Shown in pieces: positions 23,300-34,775 of a DNA stretch of 56,436 bases. Numbering within the stretch: position 1 is the stretch's first letter; each line of letters starts with the position of its first letter. The notes below the pieces were generated by a model. The model did no database searches. It saw nothing but the letters and a program-made list of their open reading frames with translations, and was not told the origin of the DNA. A program made the translations under genes and the position numbers. The stretch comes from Folioceros fuciformis (taxonomy: Eukaryota). The stretch lies in assembly GCA_049999805.1 (NCBI GenBank), contig JBNGIO010006232.1:211340-267775 (forward strand). The letters run 5' to 3'.

Positions 23300-25560
23300 T
23301 TCCCGAAATGCTTTCAGATTGGACTATTACTCCCTGGATTTCGCTTCCATTCAAAGACGCGGTGATGGTCAGAGGGTCATGTATCCATAACCAATTTCCG
23401 TTTTCCTTGGCACCCGCAACTTTTATGACAGCAGCAACACATGAGTCCTTCGTCGACCTCTATCGGCCTTTCTTTGGACGTGGCTCCCTTCTTATTCAGG
23501 GCGGTCGCGATTTGCCTTCGACTACTTGGAACAACTCCGAAGAGCTACCAAAAGGTCGTCTTGACTCGTCGGTTTGCCAAATCTTCCACGAAAGAAAATG
23601 TGGGGACATTGCGTGCGATCGGGGGCATGATGGAACCCGGCTTCTTTTCCCATTTCACTACAGCAGGTGGCGCAGCCGAAGCATCTTTCACCTCAACATC
23701 AGAGGGTATGGGGGGTGCTTCCTCGAGCTTTGCTTGCTTGAACTTCCTCCCAGACTCGGGCTCATCGTCCACAACCTCATAGTCTCAGATGTTAGAATGC
23801 TCTGTAGAGGTAGCTAGGGCTGCATGCTTGGAAACCTCCATCATGAAGACTCCTCGTACAGCACTGGTAGATCTCCAGGATCTGTGGAGATTGTGCCAGG
23901 CTCCTCTTCGTGCCCAGAACGGTTCCAATTGCCCTTCCCTTTGTCAGGTCTTCGATGTCGAACTTGAGGGAATTTCGGACATCTGCAGTGGGTGTGGCCG
24001 GTTGCACCACACTTTGTGCAGTGTCCCTTCCAACCATATCCTGTGGTGTGCTCTACAGAACCACATTTCTTACATCGTGGGTGTCAACAACGGATCTACC
24101 TTGGATTTCTGAGATCAAGGTCTCCAGAGATTCAGCGACCTTATGCATGATAGCGTTGTCATCCGGCCCATTGTTCCACTGGTGGTGCGGAGTAAGCAGG
24201 CTCTGTGCGGATAGCATGGTTAGGGGTAGGTGATGCATATCTAGTGCAGGGGCGGTCGGGGGTTTACCTACGTTCTCGGACCTCGTCTTCCTCCAGCCCT
24301 GCTCTCTGAATAGAGCTGCTAGTGGTCGTTTCTTCTCCAGTCTCTTTGTGGACGACATGGCTCCCTAGAGGGGTAGGTGATGAAGACCTATTGCTGGAGC
24401 GGCTGGAAGTCCTCCTATGTTGTCGGACCCTGTCTTTCCCCTGGGACAGGTCTCTGAGTCGAGGTGCTACTGGTCATTTCTCCTCCAGGTCCCTATCGAT
24501 AGTTTCTTCAAGAGTGAGGCTGCCATCCTCCATCTTTCGGCTGAAGAATTCTAATCGGAGGCCCGGAAGGACTGTCATCCCCCATCTTCCGGCTGAAGAA
24601 TTCTGATCGCAGGCCCGGAAGGACTGTCATCCTGAGTCCATCTGTCGGCTGAAGAGTTCTGAACGCAGGCCCGGTAGGATTTGTCATCCTCCATCTTTCG
24701 GCTGAAGAGTTCTCATCGCAGGCCCGAAAGGACTGTCATCCCGAGTCCATCTTTCCGCTGAAGAGTTCTGATAGCAGGCCCGCAAGGACTGTCATCCTGA
24801 GTCCATCTTTCGGCTGAAGAGTTCTGATCGCAGGCCTGGAAGGACTGTCATCCTGAGTCCACCTGTCGGCTGAAGAGTTCTGATCGCAGGACCGAAAGGA
24901 CTGTCATCCTCCATCTTCGGCTGAAAATTTCTGATCGCGGGCTTGGAAGGAAGAACATTTTTACTTCTTTCAGCTTCTCACCTTAGTACCTGAGTTTCTC
25001 AATAAGGATCTGTGTCCTTCTTCCATAGGATATGATGCTCTTGTGATCTTCTTGGGACAGGTCCATGACTCGCTGCTGCTAGCAGTCGTGGTGAAGCGTA
25101 GGATTTTTGAACCAAGCAAGGAATGCACAACACAACCCAGGCCAATCAAGCTGGTCTACATGTGGAAGTTTTTGTACCATCTTTCCGCCCGGCCACGAAG
25201 TGAGGTAAGAAATAGTAATATAGTTCCTCTGGATCCCCATGACCTGGGCCTTCGAGACATGTGGTAAATTAGCAAGATGCTCACCAGGATCATCTACTGG
25301 TGTTTCCGTAAAATGTAGGCAAACTGGAGATGTCCAGGAAACAGCCTTTTGAGCTTCTGGACATCCTGCTAGCTCCAGAAAACTCACACTACTTGATGCT
25401 ACCTCTCTCTGTCCTAGGCTGCCGAGAATTTCTTCTATCCCAAATTTCTTCTATCCCTTCTACTCCTTTGTAATCAGGTGTTGCAGGAACGACGCACTCA
25501 GGAGTTGGGGAGTTGAAATCTGCATGGTATCGCCAGGTCCAAGCCATAGCAGTACGTCCC
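23300..25560 (-). mobile_element. Degenerate LTR-retrotransposon gag-like relic (boundaries uncertain)
   Basis: Broken minus-strand ORFs contain HFTETPVDDPGEHLANL...LDWPGLCCAFLAWF (retrotransposon gag-like F.G..DP.EHL / W..L...FL..F pattern) and FSFVEDLANRRVKTTFW*LFGVVPSSRRQIATAL (resembles the gypsy gag-protease linker). Many stops; no RT, integrase or LTR pair was recognised. Confidence 0.5.
24520..24950. repeat. Minisatellite, ~50-57-bp unit (TCGGCTGAAGAGTTCTGATCGCAGGCCCGGAAGGACTGTCATCC[TGAGTCC]ATCT), about 8 copies
   Basis: Seen directly; two unit lengths occur, with or without TGAGTCC. Confidence 0.9.
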
Positions 25561-26085
25561 ACTATGATGCCAAAGTGATACAAGATAAGGTGAGTAGACG
25601 AGAGACGTCCCTTGCTTTCTCAACGATGAACTTTTGATTGTTTCATGGTACTTAACGATCTACCTGAAATTCCAAGAAGAAAGTGAAAATTTTTATTACG
25701 AGAACGAGAGAGAGAAAAAAACTTATAAACCACAAGACAAGGGGGAACAAGAACAACCGGGTCTCTGAGAAGGAGGAGAAAGGAGAAGCGGAAGAGAAGG
25801 TCCGAGGCTGCAAGTCTGACGTGGCAAGGTCATAAATTGTGAGATATATTATTATAATCTTACTTCTTTCCATGTCAGCAACGAAGTGTTTCCTTTCCGG
25901 AAATGGATAGATCAAGAGTGACGAGGAGCAGTATGCGCCCGAGCTATAGCTCTCCCGTGGAAACACGCAGGGCCTCGATGCGGTAGGGTAGCTTTAGACA
26001 GGGTGCTGGAGCGAGGGAAGCTTGGGATCCGGGCACCAGGTAGCGAGCGGATTGCAACTCAACGCAGCATTTCAGGCGTGTGTGG

Positions 26086-27178
26086 ATGGCGACCTTGACA
26101 GTTGTAGGTGCGGGTGCAGCCGCAACTGCAGCGGCGGTGCGGCCTGCCTCCAGCTCCTACTCCGATTTGGCTGCACTGCGTGCTCGCAGTGGGAGATGCA
26201 ACTGCGGCAGGGAGGCAGGTGCAGGTGTACATGGCAGGAGATGGAGCTTGGTGGTGGAGGCCAAGGGCAAGGGCCGGCGCGGGATACCAGGCCAGGGCCC
26301 TCCTCGGCAGCCAGCCCCCACGATGCCCACGCTGGAGGACGACGGCAATCCCAAGTTCGTGCTCTTCGTGCGCAGCAGGAATGTAGGTGCATTGCATTTT
26401 TAGCCCTGGATGTGGTAGAGGATGATTCGAAAGCCAAGCCTGATGCGTAGGGTGGCAGGTGGCAAGATGGTATCCGCTTAGTGTAGTGACAGGGGGAACC
26501 ACTGCAAAATTGATGGTGGCCGCCATGGGGAATCAGTGGGGCAGGAAGCTGTATCAAGGCACCCTCACTCGCAACATCGGTGGTGTCATATACAAGGTGA
26601 GGCTGCTTTCACGCACATCAGTCTCATCCGCTAGGGTAGCCACATCCGTCTCCTGCCATGCTCCTAACTGCGTCCTTTTATAGAGCAGGACGAGCGGGCC
26701 ATGAGGACCGCAGCTTTGAAAATGTACCCTGTCTTGAAGGCTGCATCGGCATTCGACTTCGGGTACAAGATTTGGGTGAGTGGACGATCATTTTGCATCT
26801 TGCAGTTCATACCGTTTGCTTGTCCTTTACCGGAGGGTGCGTCACCTTCTGCAGGATAAGGACAACCCTAAGTCTGCCATGTTCGGCACAGATGTCATCA
26901 AGGTCAGCTAAGCCTTTGAGCTCTTGGTGGCATTTCTTTATGTGCCTCAGGTTTGTCACTCTTGCGGGAACAAGTGATCCATGCTTGCTTCTGTTCTTCA
27001 GATTCCTCCTAAGGAAGAGCTCAAGTCTGTGGTTGACAAGGTGAAGGAATTCTTTGGAAAGAACGCCGAAGGCATTAAAGATACATTTGGCAGCATTACC
27101 AGCTTGCCCTTTGGCGCCGAGGATGCAGCTGCTGAAGAGAAGGCTAGCACGAAAAAGGAGTCCCCTTCGAAACAATAG
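26086..27178 (+). CDS. HHL1: HYPERSENSITIVE TO HIGH LIGHT 1 (thylakoid PSII repair factor), 5 exons
   Basis: Transit peptide, then MPTLEDDGNPKFVLFVR | WYPLSVVTGGTTAKLMVAA...LYQGTLTRNIGGVIYK | DERAMRTAALKMYPVLKAASAFDFGYKI | DKDNPKSAMFGTDVIK | IPPKEELKSVVDKVKEFFG...FGSITSL, joined by GT-AG introns. Matches the HHL1 family from memory. Confidence 0.88.
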
Positions 27179-27608
27179 TTTTGTTCCGTAGCTTCCTTCA
27201 ACCCGTAGCGCCCTCCCCCTTGTACAAAAGGACGGTTAGGTTCCATGAGCCGCGCAGAGGAACTTCAAGACTCTTTCATTTGCGTCTCCAGGTTAGCTTG
27301 AGACCGCAAACTCCAATGCGTGTGATTAGTTGTAATTGATCCAGAAGATTTTTTGAAACGTCTGGCTCGCGAGACGCGAAAGTAATGCCAGTTGGTAGGC
27401 CCGCAGCGCAGTGGATAGGGGCGGTGATGCAGGCTGTTTCGAGGAGTCTCACTTCCCACCTTCTAGCGGCTTCGCCAGATTTTCTGCAGGCCACCGAGGA
27501 CCTTATTTCCTGCGAGACGCTGAGGACCAGGCAGTGTATGTGCAAAGTTGCGGCTCTGGTGTTGAGACGCAGGCAATTGCGGAGTACCGGATTCGTGCAG
27601 CAGCGGCG

Positions 27609-28919
27609 ATGGCGAGCGCGGTGTTGAGCTGTGGCAAGCCAGTGGTGGCTCTAGGACTGCACGCCTGGGATCCTTTGGCTGCGTCCGGGAGCTCGGCATC
27701 GACCTCCGTTGCGTCCTGCTCTTCCTCCTCATCGCTTCCTGCATCCTCGTTCCTTGGCTGCAGGGATGTGCGGGGCTGTAGGAACGCGATGGCGGGGCAG
27801 GCACTGAGGCACTGCCGTCAGGAAGTGCTGCAGGCTGTGGTGGGCCAGCTGGGAGGCCGCAAGGGCCGGGCCGCTGCCCGCGCGTTCTTGGATCTGAACG
27901 AGAAGCAGAAGCGAGGGTTCCTTGTTGAGGCATGGCAGAGAATTTCAGAGGAGGGAGGAGTGGAGCGATTGGCTGGGGCCGCAAAGGATGCTGTGATGGA
28001 GGCGGTGAAGTTCCTGCAAAAGCCGGTGATGGTGGCCCTTCTGTTGGGGCTGCTGATGACACACAACCCGGCCGATGCCTTGGCTGCGGGAGGCGGTCGG
28101 GTCGGGGGTAAATCATTCTCCTCTTCTAAATCGTATTCCGCGCCTTCCAGTACGTATAGTGGTGGGGGCAGCATCACCTACTCGGCCCCCTACGCGGTGC
28201 CGTCGCCCTGGTTTGGAGGGTACGGGCCATCGGTGTACGTAGGTCCTGCCTATGGCGTGGGGTTTGGTGGATTTGGTTTGTTCTTCTTCCTGGTTGTAGC
28301 TGCAGTGCTGGTCTCCGGGTTCATCTCTGACCGCTCGGACGGGGGCCTCATGGGAGCCACGGAGAAGACCAGCGTCCTGAAGTTGCAGGTCGGGCTGCTC
28401 GGGAGCGCCAGAAATTTGCAGCGGGACTTGGAACGGCTTGCGGACCGAGCGGACACCTCCACCCCCGAGGGGCTGCATTTTGTGCTCACCGAGACTGTGC
28501 TGTCCTTGATGCGGCATCCGGATTTTTGCATCTCCGGGACTGCCTCTTCCGAGGTGAAGAAGTCTCCAGAGGCGGGAGAGGCGCTGTTCAACCAGTTATC
28601 GCTGGACGAGAGAGGGAAGTTTGATGAGGAGACACTGGTGAATGTGGATTCCCTGCGGAAACGTTCTTTCTCTGCGAACCGGAGCGACCGGTTCAACAAT
28701 GAGTATATCGTGGTGACTGTGCTAGTGGCTGCCGAAGGGGAATTCAAGTTGCCCTCCATCAACAGCAGCACCGACCTCAGAACGGCCTTGTCCCAGCTTG
28801 GGTCCATCCCTGTTGATTGTATTCAGGCTGTGGAGGTTTTGTGGACTCCCCAGGATGAGAACGACACTCTCAGCGAGCAGGAGTTGTTGCGAGATTACCC
28901 TCTGTTGAGATCTCTGTAG
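27609..28919 (+). CDS. FLAP1: FLUCTUATING-LIGHT-ACCLIMATION PROTEIN 1 (DUF1517), intronless
   Basis: ATG at 27609 (MASAVLS, transit peptide); ALAAGGGRVGGKSFSS, a TM segment, SVLKLQVGLLGSARNLQRDL, DTSTPEGLHFVLTETVLSLMRHP, FNQLSLDERGKFDEETLVN, EYIVVTVLVAAEG, EVLWTPQDENDTLSEQELLRDYPLL. Confidence 0.92.
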   Translation: MASAVLSCGKPVVALGLHAWDPLAASGSSASTSVASCSSSSSLPASSFLGCRDVRGCRNAMAGQALRHCRQEVLQAVVGQLGGRKGRAAARAFLDLNEKQKRGFLVEAWQRISEEGGVERLAGAAKDAVMEAVKFLQKPVMVALLLGLLMTHNPADALAAGGGRVGGKSFSSSKSYSAPSSTYSGGGSITYSAPYAVPSPWFGGYGPSVYVGPAYGVGFGGFGLFFFLVVAAVLVSGFISDRSDGGLMGATEKTSVLKLQVGLLGSARNLQRDLERLADRADTSTPEGLHFVLTETVLSLMRHPDFCISGTASSEVKKSPEAGEALFNQLSLDERGKFDEETLVNVDSLRKRSFSANRSDRFNNEYIVVTVLVAAEGEFKLPSINSSTDLRTALSQLGSIPVDCIQAVEVLWTPQDENDTLSEQELLRDYPLLRSL

Positions 28920-29377
28920 CTGCTGTACGGAGTCTGGCGTTGTACAAAAAGGAGAATTCTTCGGTGGCTGGATCATCCGGCTGCCTCAGTAACTGAGTAG
29001 AACTGGCTTAGGATTCAACACGTGTGGACGATGACCTCTCTTTTTTTCTCTCCACTGGAAGAGTTGTGTATATAGGACCATACGAGATCTGAGAAGGCGG
29101 CAGCGAGCGAGAGTCGCACTTGCCGTCTGTGGCAAACCGGGCTTGTGTGAGGTGTATGCGCTGCCTGATTCCGGTCGAGTTTATTTTACATTATTCAAAG
29201 CTTTTTGTGATATATGTGTGAGTTAAACATTATCCAAAACCTTCAAGACGAAGGAAATTTGAGAGTCAGAGCCAATCTTGACGGGTACGCCCTTGTCTGC
29301 TTAAGCTAACAAAGTGTGTCAGGATTTGGTATTCCCGAGATGCGGGCACGATACATGGATGCTGTGGGTAAGCATCG

Positions 29378-31311
29378 ATGGTTTCTCCGTCCCGGTTGGG
29401 GAGCCTGAACGCTGCTGTCGCACATCTGACTCCTGTCAGTCACTCTGTGATGCTCGGTGTCCGGTGCCTTCCATTACCAGGCGGTACGAACTCCCGGGGA
29501 CTTGTTGGTTCAGGGTTGTTGGATGCCGTAGCTTCGTGGGGGCGACTCCATATCATTTCTGGAGGCTGGCCTCCATCGGGCATTTCGAGGCAGTTTGAGC
29601 GCTTCAGGTCGTCTAGCATGTCGGCTAGGAACCCCCTGCTTGTTCCTCTGGAGAAGGACCTTACTGAAGATTTAGGAGGCAGTGGTGGGCAATGTGATGC
29701 TGCTAACATACGGGATTCACACTTTGTGAGATTTTGCCCTCAAGCTGCCGCAGTACTAAGCACAGCTGTCTCTCTCGTGTCTTTAGACGATGGCTTCAAG
29801 CTTATAACTTTCGAGTCCAAGGAGGGGCGGACCGCAGTTGGGATTCTGCATGGGGATGACCTCTGGTATCCTGAATGCAGTTCCTCGGTAGTTTCGCTAA
29901 TTTCCGAGTATTTGCTTGCTGATGCGGGAATGGACTGACATGGGACAACAGGCCTTTGCAGGAGGTCTTAACCTCTTCAGGTGACACTGTTATTCCGCAT
30001 TGCAACGACATGACGGATGTCATACAGAATTGGGGTGATATCAAAGACAGGTGAGTTCAATCTTCATTAGGTTGTGGCTGCCATGAATCATGTCTTGGCA
30101 TGGCATTCCATTCTGAGTGTGCAGCCCACTGTTCGTCGTCTTGTCACAGACTGGATGTGGTGGGCAAATGCTCACAACAGGTTAGTGAAGTGAAGGTCCT
30201 TGCCCCAATTCCCAGTCCCCGTGGTGTCATCATGTGCATCGGGAAGAATTATGTGGATCACGTGAAGGAAATGGATACCTGGATATCTGCTCCAAGTATA
30301 ACGACTCCGGATGCGCCAAAGGTTAGCTTCGCCTCTGTCGAAAAGTTTGAGCTTCAAGTCTGGAACATTCCTGACAGGGTGCATATTTCTGCCCCACTTT
30401 TTAGCATCCGATCGTGTTCACAAAAGCACCACAGTCAGTTGTGGGGCCTGGAGCTGCCATCAAGTATCCTCATGGAGTGTCTTCACAGGTGGACTATGAA
30501 GCAGGTAACACTGTGGAGAGAGCTCGCCTCGGGCTGTCTACCACGTTCGTCCTTTATTTTGACTCTGGACTTTGATGTCATGTTCCTCTCCCATGTTGCA
30601 GAGCTTGCAGTGATCATAGGCAGAAGCGGCCACAATATTTCAAGAGAGGAAGCCATGTCACACGTCTTTGGGTCAGTGGTGGCTGGCATACCCTGGTTCA
30701 GCTCTATTGCCTAATGCTAAGATCACAACGCTCCGTTGCTGTGGTCCAGGTACACCATACTGAATGATGTAACAGCGAGGGACTTGCAGAAACGTCATCA
30801 GCAGGCAGGTTACTCTAACCTTTCCGCCCATACCATTTAGGAGAAGAGCATGGCTCTTACAAGTAGTATGTGACATGTTTCTTCACTGCCAGTGGTTCTT
30901 GGGGAAAAGCTGTGATACATTCTGTCCGATGGGCCCGTCCATTGCACCTGCATCTACAGTCAATGGCCTCGACCTGCGAATCCAATGCTGGATAAACGAC
31001 GAGTTGCGGCAGGTTCGACGGAATCTGGTGACGAGCTCGTGATGGGGCAGTTTCCTTCGCTGCAATGATATTCCCATCTTGACTCTGACGCGGTGTGGCA
31101 GGATGGTCGGACTTCACAAATGATCTTTTCTATACCAGAGCTGATTGAAACCATCTCAGCAGGTATCACCCTGCAGCCCGGAGACATTATCGCGACTGGA
31201 ACACCCGCTGGTGTTGGTTCTGGTTTCAACCCTCCTCGTCATCTGGTGCCGGGTGATAAAATTCGGATTCGAATTGAAGGCATTGGGGAGCTCAACAACA
31301 CTGTCGCCTGA
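29378..31311 (+). CDS. Fumarylacetoacetate hydrolase family protein (FAHD2/HpcE-like), multi-exon; start uncertain
   Basis: Spliced translation gives [107 protein letters not shown]. Confidence 0.9.
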
Positions 31312-31689
31312 ACTGATGGCGTTCCTCATCCCTAGAACCCCGTGCATCAGTGAGACACCTGCCCTCCCTGAGATTCCTGCCTCATTGCTTTCCGGTTCTA
31401 CATGTGAATGAACCATTCTCCTGCCGTGCGTGAGGATGTTCGATTACATTTTGATCCACGGCTGTGTGTGATCCTTATCCCGAGCGTGGGGGCTTTGAGT
31501 TACCTCATCTGTCTGTGAGCAGGATAGTGAAATGCAAAGCGGAAGCATCATAGTGCTAAACGCACCGAAGTCTTGTACGTGGTGCCATTTCTTGAAACAG
31601 ATTGTCTCAAATCTGTTGTAGTCCCTTCTTCCTGTCTTGCTGCTTGGGCAATGCGAGCTTTGGGCTTGTTCAGTACTTGCCCTGAGTAG

Positions 31690-32460
31690 AGTATGAAGGA
31701 AGTTTCTCCTGTTAGCCATGTCCCCTGGTTGTGTGGATGGAAGCCTGAAAACTGCTCGTCCAGAACCATTTCTACCTCAACCATGGTGAAGCAAGCAGCG
31801 TGGAAGCCGGTACTACTCCTTCCTTACCTTGGACATCCATCCTGTCGGACAACCGTTGTAGCGCAACTCGGCATACATCGGAGCTGGTAGACATTGCGGA
31901 ACTGATCGAGGGAATGAGACGAAAGATACCACCGCCACAACCGCCAACCACGGAGGATATACAGACAGAGGTGAGGGCGGTGGTGGTAACTCGAGACAGA
32001 ATGCCATGGAAAAAAACCCGTGACGATATCTACAGTGGTTCAGACACTCGTGAGCATGCGGAATCTGATTAGGACACCATGGATGCAGGGACAGTCTGAA
32101 GGCAAATGTCACGGAGTGTTCTGGAACCTATGTACCAAGGGCAGATATTTATGCCTGCCAGTTGGCGGAAAGGCTTTACCAAGAGGCAGATTTACCTAGG
32201 ACAAGATGACAGGGCGATTGAGGAAGCCAAAATGCATGACATGGTCCAGAGCATGCTGTTTCTGCGTGGCTTCATGTCAGGCATTGCGGCCACAAGAAAG
32301 TGAAGCTCAATTCCACAGAAACCTCAAGCTCTCCGTCGATGTCTGAAATGCCTACGACGTCCACACTGGGTGGCCATCACAGATCCGCGCGGAATGATAC
32401 GTTACGTGAGGATGGAGTACGATAAAGAGTAGCTTCAGACACGCCGTATGGAAATGTATC
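31690..32460 (+). pseudogene. Frameshifted paralogue of the 1878-3560 AP2-like gene
   Basis: Fragments VPWL, SLPW...LVDIAELIEGMRRKIPPPQPPTTEDIQ, RQIYLGQDDRAIEEAKMHDMVQSMLFLRG and CLRRPHWVAITDPRGMIRYVR align in order with VPWLW, PLPW...VEEIAKTIMRIKERKPAAAPPTLEDLQ, RQVYLGSFVDPCEAAVFRDLVQLKLYLCG and RLKQPEWLALTDWREVLQYVK. Stops and frameshifts intervene. Confidence 0.75.
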
Positions 32461-33395
32461 ACAGGATATAGGCAGCTGGATGACCATCACCGACTTTCTC
32501 CGAAAGTCCATGGCTGCTATGAAACAGGTTTTTTCTATCGAAACACACATGCCAACACGGGCGTTGGCAGCCCTGTGGTGATGATGTCTTTCGTTCACGA
32601 AATAGAAAACAATATTCTTGTTCGGAGGGACCGCAGCACGATGCCAGCAACAAACGGTACACGGGAAGCAGGCGGGATGTGCAGACGGTGTGACAGACAG
32701 GCAACGGGATTGGGATTGGGATTGGGATTGTGGCTATTGCTGGAGCTGGCGCTGGCGCGCCAATGGTGGCCCTGATATTGATACGCGAGGCCAATGCCGA
32801 CTGCCACAGAGGAGGGAGATTTTCTGAGCCCCGTGGGCAGCAGTGCTCGACGCGCGCCAGATCTTTTTCTTGCTTGTGACTGGCATGCGTGCAATTGTTA
32901 ATGCCGAACGTGGGAATCGGGACTCGCGCCGCTGGCGTTCTCCATCCCGCGCCATATCTTTTCCTAACTGATGAGTGGTAACCGCGAAGTGTGCTGTGCA
33001 CTCATTCGACTGGCCCGCAGCTCCGGCTCGGCATCACATGCTGCCTGCGCTTCCGTCCACGAGGAAACCACAATGCTTGTATTCCTGAGCTCAAGCATGA
33101 CGTCTGGACCTAGGTTTTTCATTCTGGACACCCTGGAGTCAATGGTGTGCCGGCTCCAATGAGGGGAGCAGGGCCGTCTACGGCATGTGCGGCTTTGGCT
33201 CTGGAGATTCCCCTCGCAAGTTGCTGCCCTGCAGATGTCGGTCTCCGCCATCGCCTGTGAGTATTGCAGCGGAGAGATGCACGGCCATGGTATCGTGTGT
33301 TCTAGGGCCCGAATTAGGTTTCGAGAGGCCTTGCCGGTGGAACTGTGCAGCGTGCAGCCGTACCAGGTGCTCGACGACATCATGTCGTGCATCAA

Positions 33396-33476
33396 TGCCA
33401 ACTGCCTCGGGACTGCATCTCGGTGCCAACTGCCTCGGGACTGCATCGCTGTGCCAACTGCCTCGGGACTGCATCC
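33396..33476. repeat. Three copies of TGCCAACTGCCTCGGGACTGCATC (~28-bp period)
   Basis: Seen directly. Confidence 0.85.
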
Positions 33477-34775
33477 ATGCCTTTCCAATGTTGGTGTGGG
33501 TGGAGGTTGGTCTCCTTTTTAGATCGTGGCTGCCTTGCACGCAAAGCACTGTGCGTTTTGGAGTCCAGAGTGGATGGCAGTGGCAAGTCCGACAGATCCA
33601 GGTCATTGCATCCACCTACTTTACCTTGAATTGAGACAGCAGCTTCAAACGTAGTTCACATCTGCCATCAACTTGGCCTGTACCACAGAGTATATGGGCC
33701 ACTTACTAGGCACACCTGGCCCTTTTTTTCTGCTGGTTGAGGTACTCTATTAGAGACAGGGAACGCTAATTACAGCAAGTTGCACCCAACTTGACAAGCT
33801 AAAACACATCTGATCAATTATCCTTAGAGGCAGATGCGGGTGTGCCCAGCATAGCAAAATGTAGCCCCTGCCTCCTGATTGGACAAGGTACCCAAACCAA
33901 TACCCAACCAAACAAAGATTGCTTGTGTCCCCGAAGTTTTCAACGGGCCAATGCAGGTCTCCAAGAACGGAATTTCCGGCTAGATTCAAACTAGTTACTG
34001 CTGCAGCTTTCTGTGCCAACCAGATCGCTTTCTGCTTTTTCCTGTGGCCACCGTTCAGACGTGTCTGGCACGCCTCTCTCTGCTGCACCTGGCAGACAGA
34101 TGCCTGATAAAAAATAGAACAAAAATAAATGACGACACAAGAGCAGAAGGCAAGGTGAATTCAGTTGTTCACCTTTTGGGTAGCCTCTGACACGTCTGTT
34201 GATGGCTGAATCGACTTTTCACGAATGTGAACATCCTGGAACTTCGAACCAAGAGTCACGACTGACCCAGACAAAACCTGTCACTTTGACCATCAGCTTA
34301 CAACTAACTCCATAACTTAACCACAAATGCACCCGGATCCCTTCTCGCTCACAGCATTCGGAGCCTTCACCAACTCTTCGCTGTTGACTCCTTGTCGGCA
34401 GTGGCGTCACCTTGTGCTGTCATATCATGAGAGGGTTTAAGACTCTTGGCATATATGGTTCCCTTCATTTCTTTAGATTTCTTTTATCACTTAGGCCTAG
34501 AGTTTGAGCTTATGCTTATCCTTAATATTAACTTAGCTAATATCCACACTAGTCACAACCTTGATTGATTGGAGGTCTTGGAACAGCATACAGTTCCTCA
34601 ATTGTCAAGAGAAGTGTCATCTACATCAGAACAGGAACAAGTGTAGCCTCCATGAGTTATTTAGGTTTCCTAGAATTACGATTGATTATGCTTGTAGCTT
34701 TCTGATGTCTTGAATCCCTTTCTTTTCAATCCACTATATGAGCAAGCCAGAGTTTGCTTACAAAATTTGGGCAAG

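Noticed and set aside
21500..23300. Cluster of 60-130-aa ORFs on both strands
   Set aside because: No domain recognised; may be more of the degenerate retroelement, but this is unsupported.
32575..34410. Many overlapping ORFs and a (GGGATT)n tract
   Set aside because: GC-rich, low-complexity sequence with no identifiable product or coherent gene model.
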